From positions 42,656,001-42,720,000 of the forward strand of contig CM069135.1 in NCBI GenBank assembly GCA_035221665.1: a DNA stretch of 64,000 bases, in the 5' to 3' direction. Both the position numbers and the translations under genes were made by a program. How positions within the stretch are numbered: the stretch's first letter is position 1; the number at the start of each line of letters is the position of its first letter. Below, piece after piece: positions 46,631 to 60,005 of the stretch. Below the pieces are notes generated by a model, which had not been told where the DNA came from, did no database searches, and saw nothing but the letters and a program-made list of their open reading frames with translations. The stretch is from Okamejei kenojei. Taxonomy: Eukaryota.

Positions 46631-49457
46631 GCATGCAAAATGGTCATTACTATTTCTACAACAACCTTTGTAATAGTTTAAGGATAAGGTTGTAAGGAGA
46701 CCCAGTGTACCAATTCTCCCCAAATGTTGAGATTGTATTATTTTTGTCTTTAGGTTAAATATATGAAGGGGTTTTAATTTTCTTAATTTTGGTCTCTCGA
46801 TGCTGGCATCAGAAACTTGCGGGCTAAGTACTTAGGAATCTAATGGAGAGTACCGTTCGCTCTTCCCTGCATCAAAGGGTATGAAAGTGTTCACCCTTTT
46901 TATAGAGAAAATTTATTCTGTCAAGAATACTTCCTGATCTTTCTTTTCAACGTTTTAAGATGATTGCAACAATGGAAGCCCTCAGTTAAGTCGCTGCTGA
47001 CCATGTCTGTGACAATTATCGAGAGCATTTTGGAGAGCTTCTATTGTGAAGGTCAGGGACAGAGGTGGGGGAATCTCTGGGAGACAAGTGAGGGTTTTTT
47101 TGATCTGAGGAAACCATGCTGTAGGATAAGAATGCAAATGTTCAGCATACAATACAAACTCATAGTTGATAGTTATATTCAGACCAGCTTTAAACTCTTC
47201 TGTTATTTGTGAATGCAACATTAACTTGAAATAAGTATATTGTATTTAAGGAAAGAAATCCTTTGATTTTGGGAGAGCACCATTACCGAGCCACACAATC
47301 TATTCTAATAACTTGAGTGAGGTTGCTAATTAATTCTAGTAACTGTTGAATTGGTGGCATCTTTAATGCTAATTGACTTTTTTCACTTACTTGAGCTGCT
47401 GAAGAAGAAAACTATAAACCGATTTTGTCCAAAGTCATATGTGGAAGAATTTCGGCATCAATATTGCAGGATAAAATTAGGAAGCATTTAGACAATACAA
47501 TGCGTTAATCAAGGAATACGAATATTGATGTATTTATAGCAAACCTGCTTTGACTCTGTATGCTAATTTCCAGAAGGCGTTTGATTAGTTGTTTCACATC
47601 AGGAAAGGTACAGGCATTGCGGTGAGTTGATAGAAGAAGTTTAAGTGGGTATTAAGATGTTTATAAACCACTATCTGCATCTCCTTGTGTCTCTCGTGTT
47701 TACGTAGATATTGCCCAGGCTAGTAAGAGTTGATAGCAATCTAATGGAGTAGTTAGTATTAAATCAACTAAATGCACCAATGTTGATTTAAATCAGATAT
47801 ACAAAACACTATCTCAAAGTATACTAACAACTCCAATCTAAGAGACTCAACAAAAAGGTAGGAAATGGACTTCAGCAGATACAGACAGGTCACTGTAATC
47901 GGGCTAACAAGTGGCAGACGTGACAACATGTTTAGATGTATTATTGTTACATGTACTGATAGTCAAAAGCTTTGTATGTGCTATCAAATCAAATAATATT
48001 ATACATCAATACAACTCCACTACAATAGGTAGAGCGAAGGAAAAAATACAGAATATAGTTCTCAACATTATAGTGCAACAGCTCCAGAGACAAAGTCCAA
48101 TGTCCACAGTGAGGTAGAGAAGAATTGAATGTTCAGAAGTGTGATAGCAGGGGGGAAGAAACATGTTGCAAAGTATTAAAAAATAATGAATAAAAGTTTA
48201 CACTTAGTAGAAAGATGCTGAATGATTAGGTAAAACATGGAGGAGGAGTTCACACAGTTAAAAGTCTTAAGAATAAATAAATAAAGCTGTGATATAACTC
48301 ATAGTGAAGTTGAGGTTTTCAAGTAGAACCAATTAAAAAAAAACATCAAAAGTACTCCAATAGTAAACAAACATTTCATGATTTTTTAGAAAGCAGCAGA
48401 TAGCCAATTGTTAGAGGTATTGTGTGCAATTTGGAACAGAACGACATGGAGAGGAATTAATACTGTCAAGAATAGACACATTAATTCACAAAGATGTTGT
48501 CTGGTAAAAAAATTGCAAGGAAAGTGTGGAGATGATGAAACAATTTCCACTGGATAGGTTGAGATTTTTCTTTAAATTGTTAAGCATTTTTTTGGGAGGG
48601 GGGGTGGTAAGGAACTACTGAGAAAACAGCAGATTGTCCTTTATTTTGCTCGTGTACATGTTGGTTGGCGTGAGCAAGTTGGACCGAAGGGCCTGTTTCC
48701 ATGCTCTGACTGTCAGATCAGAGGGCTTGTTGTCCAACAAGTTGCTTTGATATGAGCAAAACGTCCTGACTGATTACTCCATTGTTGTTCCCTCGGAACA
48801 GATGATACTTTGGTCAAATATTTCCGCACTGCATTCCTCACTAATAACATGGATAACATAGAACAGTACAGCAAGTTATTCAGCCCATGAGGTATGTACC
48901 AACCATGAAGCAAAATTAAACTAATCCCCTCTGCCTCATTCCCTGCCTGTCCAGGGAATGAGGCTAACTATGTGCCTAATAAATGCCTCTTTAACATTGC
49001 TGTAGTATCTGTTTCTATCACTTCCCATATCAGCATGTTCCAGGCTCTTATGTAATAGGCACAGGGAAATAAGAAGAGGGTGAATAAACTGCTGGGTTTG
49101 GTCTGCTGGGAGCTAGGATGGATCTGATGGTTTGAATGACTTCCCTCTGTTGTAGAGTAGGTAATATGAGCATGAATATGCTGGCGGCAACCACATTTCT
49201 AAAAAATCTTTCCTAGTAAATCTTTAAACTTCCCCCTCTCATCTTAAAGCTACTTCATCTGATTTGACAGTTCCACTACTGACCATCTACTCTATCTATG
49301 TATCTCATAATCATATGTGCTTCTATCAGCCTCCAGCAATCACAGGAAACAATCCAAGTTTGTCTAACTTCTCTTTATGGCTAATACTTTCTAATCTTGA
49401 CAATGTCTTGGTGAGCCTCTTTCTGCTTTCTGGGATGTCAAGCAGAACTGTACCTAA

Positions 49458-49770
49458 TAGGCCTGTCCCACTTAGGCGATTTTTTAGGCAACTTCAGGCG
49501 ACTAGTTTGTCGCCACATGTTCACTGGTGGTCGCCGGGAGTAGTCTCCTCATTCGTGCAAAACGTTGTGGCGTCTTTCTGGTCACCGCTAAATTTTCAAC
49601 ATGTTGAAATTTTTTTGTCAACAGTGGGTTTGACGCCAATGAGCGTAGCTTGACTTCTGACATAGGTGCTGTCGTAGGTTGTCACCAGGATGACGTAGGC
49701 TTTTCGCCGACCTGCTACGACTATGACGGTTGCCGGTTGTTACCTAAAAAATCGCCGTGGGACAGGCCCA
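49458..49770. mobile_element. PIF/Harbinger-like MITE
   Basis: TIR T(A/G)GGCCTGTCCCAC..GGCGATTTTTTAGG at both ends; 3-bp TAA TSD; inserted in a CR1 remnant. Confidence 0.85.
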
Positions 49771-49799
49771 TAATACTGTAAAGGTAGCTTATTCTAGCC

Positions 49800-50662
49800 T
49801 AGTAGTTGGTATTCTGAGAAAGGTTTGTGCATTTATTCACCCGTCTTCCCATCTAACAATATATTACATTGATTTTTCCTTATTTCAATTATTGTAATAT
49901 TGTTTGGGGTTCTACCTATCCTTCCTATCTTTCTAAGCTACTCATCATACAGAAGAAATTTATGAGATTAATTTCTCATTCAAATTCACAAGAACCTTCT
50001 GCCCCTCTCTTCAAGAAGTACTCAATTTTGTCTGTAAATAAACTGAATGCATTCCAAATATGTATTTTTATTTTCAAATATCTTAAATGTAAACATGATT
50101 TGCCTGTTTCTCTTCATGATCTTTTCACCCTTTCTTCTAATATTCACCATTACCCAACCAGAAGAAGAAATGATTTTCATCTTCCGTTTTGTCGAATATC
50201 CAAACACCAACATTGCATTACTTTTAAAGGTCCTAAATTTTGGAATACCCTGCCTCTGTCATTAAAGTCTCACACTTCCTTAGCCACCTTTAAGATTGAG
50301 CTTAAAAAGTTTCTCATCATGTCCTGAGTTCTGACCTCCAGATTTTTGGAATGCTATTTATGAGCTCAAACTACTTCTGTTGACCCTTATCTCATACTAT
50401 ACCTTATTATTTTATTTAGTTTCATATTTTTAATTTCATATTTTTAATTTTCATTCTTAGACTGTATTATTGTTTATTATTGTCTTTTTTATTTCTCCTA
50501 CCCCCTAATTTGCCATTAACGCTCATTTTCAGATGGGAGCGGACTTTGTATATGCCCCCTGGGCTTCCCTTCCTTCCCAGCACTGTATGGTATTATAAAT
50601 TGATTGTTTGTCTTCTTTTACAACATGGTGGAAATAAACAATAAACAAAATAAACAAATAAA
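49800..50662 (+). mobile_element. AT-rich L2-superfamily (Crack/Daphne-like) LINE 3' end
   Basis: ORF 49869-50327 IFPYFNYCNIVWGSTYPSYL...QKK..R.I...PLFKK...GPKFWNTLP...FKIELKKFL; 3' stem-loop and (AATAAAC)n tail. Confidence 0.8.
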
Positions 50663-51116
50663 GCCTATCCAAAGTTTTATATAGCTGCAAAGTGACTTCC
50701 TGGCTTTTAGACTCAATGCGCTGATCAATGAAGGAAAGCATGCCATGGGCCTTCTTTACCAGTCTATGCACAAATTACCACAAAGTGAGCATTGGACGCA
50801 CCCCATGATCCCATCACCGAGAATTCTATAAGCATTTTAGAAAATTGAGAGTTGTCCATTATTCCAGAAAAGAGATATTTTTGCGGAGATATCAGGAGAA
50901 CAACTGGAAAATAAGCTACATAATTTGGAACCTGACTTTCAATGAGAGATGAAAGGTAATGATATCAGGGTAGAAGTAGCCAGAGTTTATAGCTGTATAT
51001 TCAAAATATTGAGATATGACTTGCAATTTGGTGTAACAATATAAAATTGGATGCTGGTGCCAATAGTAATGTGTTCAAGCCTCTAAAAATATATGAACAC
51101 TATTGAAAATAAATAT

Positions 51117-51248
51117 GTAGGAAGGAACTGCAGATGCTAGTTTAAACTGAAGATGGGCACAAAAAGCTGGAGTAAATCAGCGGGCCAGGCAGCATCTCTG
51201 GAGAGAAGGAATGGGTGATGTTTCAGGTCGAGACCTTTCTCCCAGACA
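51117..51248 (-). mobile_element. Penelope-terminal mini-element
   Basis: GAAGGAACTGCAGATGCT...GGGTGATGTTTCAGGTCGAGACC. Confidence 0.8.
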
Positions 51249-52104
51249 GGAAATAAGTGATTGAGTTAACAGATAAGATAAGTATTCACAGATGAATTTT
51301 GAATGTTACTTTATGTTATGCAATAACTTTTGGAGCACAGTGTCATAGAAAATTCTTATCAAAAAAAGATGAAAGTGATCACTAAACATTTTACTGAAAT
51401 TTCCAATTGATGTGAAATTGTTATTCGCAAAACTAATTCATGCAATTATATGAATTGATTAATTTAAACTGATCAAATGACCTAATCCAAGATGGGCAGA
51501 GGATCCGATGTAGGCAAGGGAGACTAGTTTAACCTGGAATCATGTTTGTTTTTTAGATGTACCAAAGAACGTTCAGAGACGCACCATTATTATACTATAA
51601 GAAGGGGTTGATAGAACAGCTTTCTGTTTAACCAGAAAGTAAAAAAACATTGGAACATCATCTGCTGTTTGAAAAAACATTGATAAATGGTTTTGAAGAA
51701 TTAAAAATGATGATCGTGTCAACTGAACTGGAGGATGTATGTTTAACAACTGGTAAACAAAGCCATGAATAACAAAACAACTACTACTGAGGTTCTATCA
51801 TTTGATTCCTTGGGAAAGGAGCATTCACTTGAATTACAAACAGCTACAATTAAAAGCTGCATGGCGTATAACCTTTTAGATGCCAGAGGTAGAAGAGACT
51901 GTAGTAGATAGCAGTTGTCTGTGAAGATTAGGAAACTACTATTAAAACAGAGATGTGGGGGGTGAATTAATATCTTGGGGATTTGCTTGATAATTTTGGG
52001 GGATCCGAAATTTGTGGGTACAATTGTACATCAGGTTATGACAGAGGTAAAATTTTGCCTGCAAAATGGTAACCCATTTTCAGCTTTCTCTTCCCCACTA
52101 GATT

Positions 52105-52230
52105 CAGTCTGACGAAGCATCTTAACTCAAAACATCACCTATCCATATCCTCCGGTGATATTGCCTGACCCGCTTAGTTACACAGCACTTTGTGTTCGAC
52201 ATAAGATTCCAGCATCTGCAGTTCTTTGTC
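52105..52230 (+). mobile_element. Older Penelope-terminal mini-element
   Basis: CAGTCTGACGAAG...AAAACATCACC...CCAGCATCTGCAGTTC. Confidence 0.65.
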
Positions 52231-52619
52231 TAAATAATAACCAATACTTGCATTGTGCTTTGATGGGCACTCATTTTATGATTTCATGTTGTTTTATAAA
52301 GGAGTTTAAGCATCAGTCATCAGTCAACCAGTATAACATCCATTATCAGTCTTCCGGATTAAACAAGATAATGTTATTTTTAACGCAGTGATTTCTTCTG
52401 GTGTCCTTTTTCTTTAATTGAATGGAAAGCCCTATTAAATCGAACAGTTCCTTACGCAAAGTTATGATTCGGCAATCTTGTGCACATTTAAAATTCTCTC
52501 CCAGCAATAGTCAACAAGAATAAAATAAATGCAATAGCAAAGAGCAGTTAGAGTTGGTTTTTCTGAACTGATAGAAACCTGAATGCTCCTCCACGAACTC
52601 AGCACCACTGCTCAGGAGT

Positions 52620-52890
52620 AGTTTAGTTTAGTTAAGTTTATAGATACAGCATGGACACTGGCCAGCAATCCCCGCACATAAATACAACCTTACACACACT
52701 AGGGACAGTTTACACGTACAAAACCTGTACACCTTTGGTGTGTGGGAAGAAACCGAAGATCTCGGAGAAAACCCACGCGGTCGCAGGGAGAATGTACAAA
52801 CTCCATACCGACAGCACCCGTATTCGGGATTGAACCCTGGTCTCTGGCACTGTAAAGCAGCAACGGTACTGCTGTGCCACCATGCCGCCC
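52620..52890 (-). mobile_element. tRNA-derived V-SINE
   Basis: Reverse GGGCGGCATGGTGGCACAGCAGTA head, V domain, (TAAAC)n tail. Confidence 0.8.
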
Positions 52891-52919
52891 TACAGAAGGT
52901 CTGTAGATTCCACCCCTTT

Positions 52920-53595
52920 CAGGGATGTAATGTTGAGGCTCTATAAGGCACTGGTATGGACGTATTTGGAATATTGTGAGCAATTTTGCGCACCATATCT
53001 GAGGAAGGATGCGCTGGCTCTGAAGAGTGTCCAGAGGAGTTTTACAATAATGATCGCAGGAATAAGTAGGTTAACCTATGATGAGCATTTATCGACACTG
53101 GGCTGTGTCACTAAACTGCATTTCGTTGTACCCATACTTGTATCTGTGCAATGACATTAAAGTTGAATTGAATTGAATTGAATTGCACTCGCTGGAGTTT
53201 AGAAGCATGAGGGAGGACTTAATTGAAACATACAGAATAGTGAAAGGCTTGGATAGAATGGATGTGAGGAAAGTGTTTCCACTAGTGGGAGAGTTTAGGA
53301 CTATAGGTCATAGACTCAGAATTAAAGGACATTCTGTTAGGAAGGAGATGAGGAGACATTTCTTTAGTCAGAGGGTGGTGAATCTGTGGAATTCATTGCC
53401 ACAGAAGGCTGTGGAGGCCATCAGTAGTTATTTTTAAGACAGAGATAGATAGATTTTTGATTAGTACAGGTGTCAGAGGTTATGAGGAGAATGGGGTTTG
53501 GTGGGTGAGATAGAGCAGCATTGCTTGAATGGCAGAGTAGACTTGATGGGCCGAATGCCCTAATTCTACTCCTATTCCTTGTGACTTTATGACAA
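52920..53595 (+). mobile_element. CR1 3' fragment with an ~80 bp Rex1/L2-type tail insertion (53107-53184)
   Basis: LEYCEQFCAPYLRKD...FFSQRVVNLWNSLP; the insert ends AATGACATTAAAG(TTGAA)n. Confidence 0.8.
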
Positions 53596-53894
53596 TCTTG
53601 CTATAGGTTTCCAGCCAGGAGAGTGTGATAGTATAACATGACATGAAATTGTGTGCAAACAAATTAACTTACATGTATCATTTTTCATTGACCAAATCTT
53701 CATATTCGATGAGATTATCTGCATGTGAGGTGGTGAACATTCAAATGGCGAGGTCTTGGTAATTTGTATAGATCTTGATGAGTAGCAACCTTGTATGTTG
53801 GGCTGAGTTTGCAGATAGGCTGTACTGATCTAGTATTAGAGTGATTTAGATAGACAACTCTAATACTGAGCGTGATCTATCTAAAAGAGAGATT

Positions 53895-54200
53895 AGTTAA
53901 GTTTAGTTTAGAGATGCAGGGTGGAAACAGGCCCTTCAGCCCACTGAGTCTGCATCGACCAGCAATTTCCATACACAAGCACTTTTTTGCACACTAGGGA
54001 CAATTTACAATCTTTACTGAAGCCAATTAACCTACAGACCTGTATGTCTTTGGAGTGTGGGAGGAAACCGAAGCACCTGGGGAAAATCCACACGGTCACA
54101 GGGAGAACATACTCTGTACAGACAGCAGCTGTAGTCAGGATTGACCCCGGGTCACTGATGCTGTAAGGCAGCAGGTCTACTGCTGCGCCACTGTGCCACC
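53895..54200 (-). mobile_element. tRNA-derived V-SINE
   Basis: Reverse GGGTGGCACAGTGGCGCAGCAGTAGA head, V domain, CR1-like tail GGGCTGAAGGGCCTGTTTCC. Confidence 0.82.
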
Positions 54201-57200
54201 CAATGGAAATATTGGGGATGGGCAGGGCACCGAAAGGAGTAACCACTTTTATTCATTGTGTTATTATTTGACGCAGGAGATCATACAGCCCATTGAGTCC
54301 ATGCTAGCTCCCAGCAGAGCAATCCCATCAGTCCCATTCCCCCTCTTCTGTTCTCTTCCCTCCACCCCTGCAGCATATTCTTTCTCATGCCCATTGCTTC
54401 CCCACTGCCACACACCTATGCTAAGGGATCGTTGATAGTGGCCAATTAACCTCACAGCTTTCCTTTGAGAGGAAGCCGGAGCATCTGGCAGGTTCCATAA
54501 AGGGAGCAACTGCAGGTCAGAATCCTACCCTGGTCGCTGGAGTTGTGGGACAACAGTGAACCATTGCAGCAGCATAGTGTGCCACCCTCTGTGTGAGGTA
54601 GTTGGGATCGGAATCTTTCAGTTGGTTCCTTCCAGCGTCTACTCCAACTGCACAAAACTGCACCGCACTTTCTTCTCATAAACCTGATGAGGCCGATCAA
54701 AGGGTGTAATTATTCTGGCCTGAGGCAAGTAGCTGGTACACACCATGCTTACAGAGAAGCAGCCACACCATAAGCCCGACTATCCTTGCGATCTTTAAAT
54801 TCTCAAATAAATAATAAAATTACAAATCTCTAAAAGCAGCAAAAGCTGAATTTAAACATTCGAGTAATGTGACAGAAAGGATATGATTGAAATAATTTTG
54901 GACACCACTCTTGGAATGTGTAGAAACCATGGAATGTCACATGAATACAAAAGTGACCAGTGGCCTTGGAATTTATTGCAGAGAAGGTCAATGGGTAATA
55001 GGGGTCAAACTCTTTGGATCTTGTGATCTAAACCAGTGAAATCTGCTGCTTGTTAACTTACCTTGCTAGCCATGCCTTGCATTATTTCCTGGGGTGCAAG
55101 CACAGTACATGACCTTTTTGCTCTTCATTTATGCATTTGCTTTGAAATGTTTGAAAAGGTACTGAAAAAATATAGCTTACTTGCATTACAACAGAAATCT
55201 TCCGGCTAGGATAGAACAAACATATAACTTAGTAGGGTCAAATTTCTTTTTTTTCTTGGATTCTTAACACAGAACTTCATGCTTTGGGACTGAACTTGGA
55301 CCTTTTCACAATAACTTTAAAGTGTTGAAAGTCTAAATTTTGTATGTTAAAATCTATGGTGAAGTCACTAAACATGAAAATGAAATATTTTATTCAGAAG
55401 AGCATTTATTCATTGCCATTTAGAATTATTTTAGTATGTTGTCTCCATGACATTTCTTCCCTTGTTGGGGCATCATGAGCTCAGACCCTAATCTGGGAGT
55501 TTGTCTATCTGTGCATGTGCAGTACTGAGAGACTGCAGAATTGTTGGAGGTGTTGTCCTTTTGAGTTTAGTTTATTGTCATGTGTACCGAGATACAGTGA
55601 TAAGCTTTTGTTGCATGTTAACCAGTCAGCGGAAATACAATACAATACTTTTGGTTTAGTACAATACAATACAATATTTTTGGTTAAATATTAAACCATG
55701 TGCTTTACTGCTCTCCTTGATGAACTTAAATATCTCAAGGCATTGACGGAGAAAGAGCAGAGGCATTCTCAAATTAACTTGGTCAATGCTGATTCATCGA
55801 TCAGTGCCATTAATCCAAATTAACAATTGTCAAGTTGATTGCATCGTTCACTATTGCATGGTACATCCTACCAAACCATATTCTTTATTTTTTATTATAT
55901 ATCATCCTACTCATAATAACACTAAGTCAAACCGATTTGAATATACCAGACTCAATTTACAACTTGCATTGAAGTAACTGATTTCAACCAAAGCAACACA
56001 TATGGACTCAGGTCAGCCACTGAGATCCCAGGCTGGATGCATCCAATCTGATTACTACTCAATAAACTCTTCTGGAGAGTACCCATTTTTAGTGGAAATG
56101 CTAAGCACCGTCTTTTGATAACAAACTTGATGCGGCCTATGATGAATTAATCCTTCATAGTAATATGAGGTGATTATGGCGAGGGAAAGTCCTGCAAGGA
56201 TTTTTAGATCAAATGCTTGAAATTAAGGAACTGAGCATGCAAGAGTCCTCAATTGACATATGGTGGCTAGACTTCAAATCCCTTGGAAGAATAATCAAAA
56301 ACTGAACAAGTTGATCTGCAAATGTGAGGGAAAGAATCAAGAATTATCACATTGTGTTTCTTACTGAGTTGTTGCTTTGTAAACATGATGACTGGATGGA
56401 AGAAATTATCATATTTGCCCCAAATTCAGTTCTTCATTTAGACTTTAGTGGGCTGGCTACCAAATTTCATTCAGTTTTTGGAATGGATATAAATACTCTG
56501 CAAAATGATATTGAGCTAAAAGTCAGATCAAGGGATGGTGATTATTGAGTAGTTGGAAACTGGGGTGCAGTGCTGCGGAGCTCACCAGAGTGCCGCTCTG
56601 GCACTTCTGTACAAAGCCAAAATAAACAGCGGAGAATTTTAACTAGCAGGTGTGTGGTCGGGGTAACCTGGTTAAAAGTGGGGGAAGGGAAAGACCCATC
56701 ACTACAGAGATTCCCTGCAGGAGGGGGGGGGGGGAGCAGTAGGACGCAGCAGAGTCAGAGCACGTGCTGTCTGCATCGTGGAAGTTATGGGCCTGGTGCT
56801 GAGCCTGGGATTCTGGTGAGGTGATGCCTGGTGGCCAGCGGGGAGGCGAGGATCGGCGAAATGGCTGGTGGAGGCCCGTGTGGGACTGGAATTAAGATAC
56901 GGGTCTGCGACAGCAGCAACAGTGGCCCCGGAGATAGTGAAGGACGGCGACAGTGGCAGTGGCCCCCTTGGAGGCAGTGAGAATTGGCAGCCGCGGCAGT
57001 TTCGGTGGTCCGTGCCTGGGTTTGGCCAAGGAGGTTGTGAGGGTCGGAGAGGTGGTGGATGATGTTGCTGCTCCTCATGATGGCCATATCGGCCTCGTGG
57101 TGGTCGGGCAGGCGGCGCCGCGGTCTAACGGTGGAGCTCCGGGCCTGCGGGTGGGCGGTCGAGTCAAGGAGTGTTGGTGGAGGCGGGCAAACGATCCAGA

Positions 57201-57309
57201 TAGGCGAGGAAGCATTTGTTGAGGGTGTGGATCTGGCGTTGAATAAAGTAGAGTTGTGGTCCATTGCAGGTGCGAGTGAGTGAGTGGGTGGGTGGGTGAG
57301 TCAGAGGGT

Positions 57310-58273
57310 NNNNNNNNNNNNNNNNNNNNNNNNNNNNNNNNNNNNNNNNNNNNNNNNNNNNNNNNNNNNNNNNNNNNNNNNNNNNNNNNNNNNNNNNNNN
57401 NNNNNNNNNNNNNNNNNNNNNNNNNNNNNNNNNNNNNNNNNNNNNNNNNNNNNNNNNNNNNNNNNNNNNNNNNNNNNNNNNNNNNNNNNNNNNNNNNNNN
57501 NNNNNNNNNNNNNNNNNNNNNNNNNNNNNNNNNNNNNNNNNNNNNNNNNNNNNNNNNNNNNNNNNNNNNNNNNNNNNNNNNNNNNNNNNNNNNNNNNNNN
57601 NNNNNNNNNNNNNNNNNNNNNNNNNNNNNNNNNNNNNNNNNNNNNNNNNNNNNNNNNNNNNNNNNNNNNNNNNNNNNNNNNNNNNNNNNNNNNNNNNNNN
57701 NNNNNNNNNNNNNNNNNNNNNNNNNNNNNNNNNNNNNNNNNNNNNNNNNNNNNNNNNNNNNNNNNNNNNNNNNNNNNNNNNNNNNNNNNNNNNNNNNNNN
57801 NNNNNNNNNNNNNNNNNNNNNNNNNNNNNNNNNNNNNNNNNNNNNNNNNNNNNNNNNNNNNNNNNNNNNNNNNNNNNNNNNNNNNNNNNNNNNNNNNNNN
57901 NNNNNNNNNNNNNNNNNNNNNNNNNNNNNNNNNNNNNNNNNNNNNNNNNNNNNNNNNNNNNNNNNNNNNNNNNNNNNNNNNNNNNNNNNNNNNNNNNNNN
58001 NNNNNNNNNNNNNNNNNNNNNNNNNNNNNNNNNNNNNNNNNNNNNNNNNNNNNNNNNNNNNNNNNNNNNNNNNNNNNNNNNNNNNNNNNNNNNNNNNNNN
58101 NNNNNNNNNNNNNNNNNNNNNNNNNNNNNNNNNNNNNNNNNNNNNNNNNNNNNNNNNNNNNNNNNNNNNNNNNNNNNNNNNNNNNNNNNNNNNNNNNNNN
58201 NNNNNNNNNNNNNNNNNNNNNNNNNNNNNNNNNNNNNNNNNNNNNNNNNNNNNNNNNNNNNNNNNNNNNNNNN
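57310..58273. other. Assembly gap
   Basis: Run of N. Confidence 1.
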
Positions 58274-59044
58274 GGGAGAGTCAGGGTGAGTTGGTGTCGG
58301 GCTGGCACCTCTGTAAAAATACATGATTACCATCTTTTTCTTTACTTGCTCGATAATTATATTTCATGATAATTAGTGAGTGCAACTGTGCAATATTTTG
58401 TCATATTTTTAAATTAAATATTATATGTTTTATTGCACTAGTTATACACTAGTATGTAGTAATAGGCTATAATCTTGTTTGACCCTCTTGGGAGATTATC
58501 TTGCCCCTCCCCACCCCAAGCAAAACCTGAAATGACGTCCCTGTGTGACAGCAACGCCACCTAAAAAATTAGCACACAACACTGGCTGGAAATCGAGAGA
58601 AGTTCCTGCTTCTTCAATCACCTGCTTTTAAAATGCAGTGTTGTATCAAATGCAAACACCATTGGCCAAATATTGCATCTGGCTCACAGATACTCTATTT
58701 GTAAAATGTGTCCGACTAGCAATTTCAAATGACAATCCAGATTTCATAACGTGCAGTACATGTGACACACTAGATGAGTGGACAACATGCATTAGATTTT
58801 AGTGTGTTTTTCAATTATATAAATATTTCATTCTGCATTTACTTTAGGGTAGATGTAAAGATGAACCGATATCAGATGAACCCAGGGACGAGTCAAATGA
58901 AGGATCCATCTACGATAGCAGAGAGGAAACCATGTTTACTAAAGAAAGAGGACATCTTGGATGTTATCAATAGTCAGATATGTAAGTGGCCTCTGCTCAT
59001 CATGAAGCAAAATCTCAGTGTGAAGCACTCATGTCACAAGTAGA

Positions 59045-60005
59045 AAATAATCAGGAGAACATAATGAAAGAACATTGAAGTAGTCAGTAAAACACTCAAG
59101 TGCTTGATTAACTTAATGGGTTAGGGAACATCTATGGAAGGAATGGATATGTGACGCTTTAGCATAGGATCCTTTCCAAACATAGGTGAAGTAGTTAAGT
59201 TATCTGCAGCAAAATGTCATATTCCCTTTTCTTCTCTGCCCGACAGATTTACAGTTAAACTTTATATACCAGACTAAGTGGGACCCGTTCGGCCCCAGGT
59301 TCACACGGAGGGCTGGTCCCCCAACACAATATTCCTCTTCTCCACCTATTCCAATATTGGTGGCCAGTGGGGTGGTGGGGGTTCTGGAGCACTAGCATGG
59401 GTGTTGAAGGTCAAGTCAAGTCAAGCACAGTGAGTGCAGGGTGATCAATCCAGTTCAATCCATTTCATGTCAAGTCAATCCATTTCAAGTCAAGCACAGG
59501 GCAGGCGGGGCCAGCCAATAATACAAATAATCAGGAGAACATAATGAAAGAACATTGAAGTAGTCAGTAAAACACTCAAGTGCTTGATTAACTTAATGGG
59601 TTAGGGAACATCTATGGAAGGAATGGATATGTGACGCTTTAGCATAGGATCCTTTCCAAACATAGGTGAAGTAGTTAAGTTATCTGCAGCAAAATGTCAT
59701 ATTCCCTTTTCTTCTCTGCCCGACAGATTTACAGTTAAACTTTAAATATATACCAGACTAAGTGGGACCCGTTCGGCCCCATGTTCACACGGAAAGGCCC
59801 CAACACAATATTCCACTTCTCCACCTATTCCAATATTGGTGGCCAGTGGGGGGGGGGGGGTTCTGGAGCACTAGCATGGGTGTTGAAGGTCAAGTCAAGT
59901 CAAGCACAGTGAGTGCAGGGTCATCAATCCATTTCAATCCATTTCATGTCAAGTCAATCCATTTCAAGTCAAGCACAGGGCAGGCGGGGCCAGCCAATAA
60001 TACAA
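59045..60005 (+). repeat. ~480-bp tandem duplication (59045-59524 / 59525-60005)
   Basis: First ~220 bp of the two units are identical; the remainder differs by small indels and substitutions. Confidence 0.95.

Noticed and set aside
50880-51930. Possible Gypsy LTR-retrotransposon remnant (KLDAGANSNV protease-like motif at ~51043)
   Set aside because: Single short motif in heavily decayed sequence; no LTRs or continuous frame visible.
54683-54730. CTGATGAGGCC...GGCC hammerhead-like start
   Set aside because: No GAAA after the putative stem II, so the core is incomplete. The same applies to CTGATGAG at ~45599.
57164-58369. Long ORFs of 335-389 aa
   Set aside because: Artefacts of translating the N gap.
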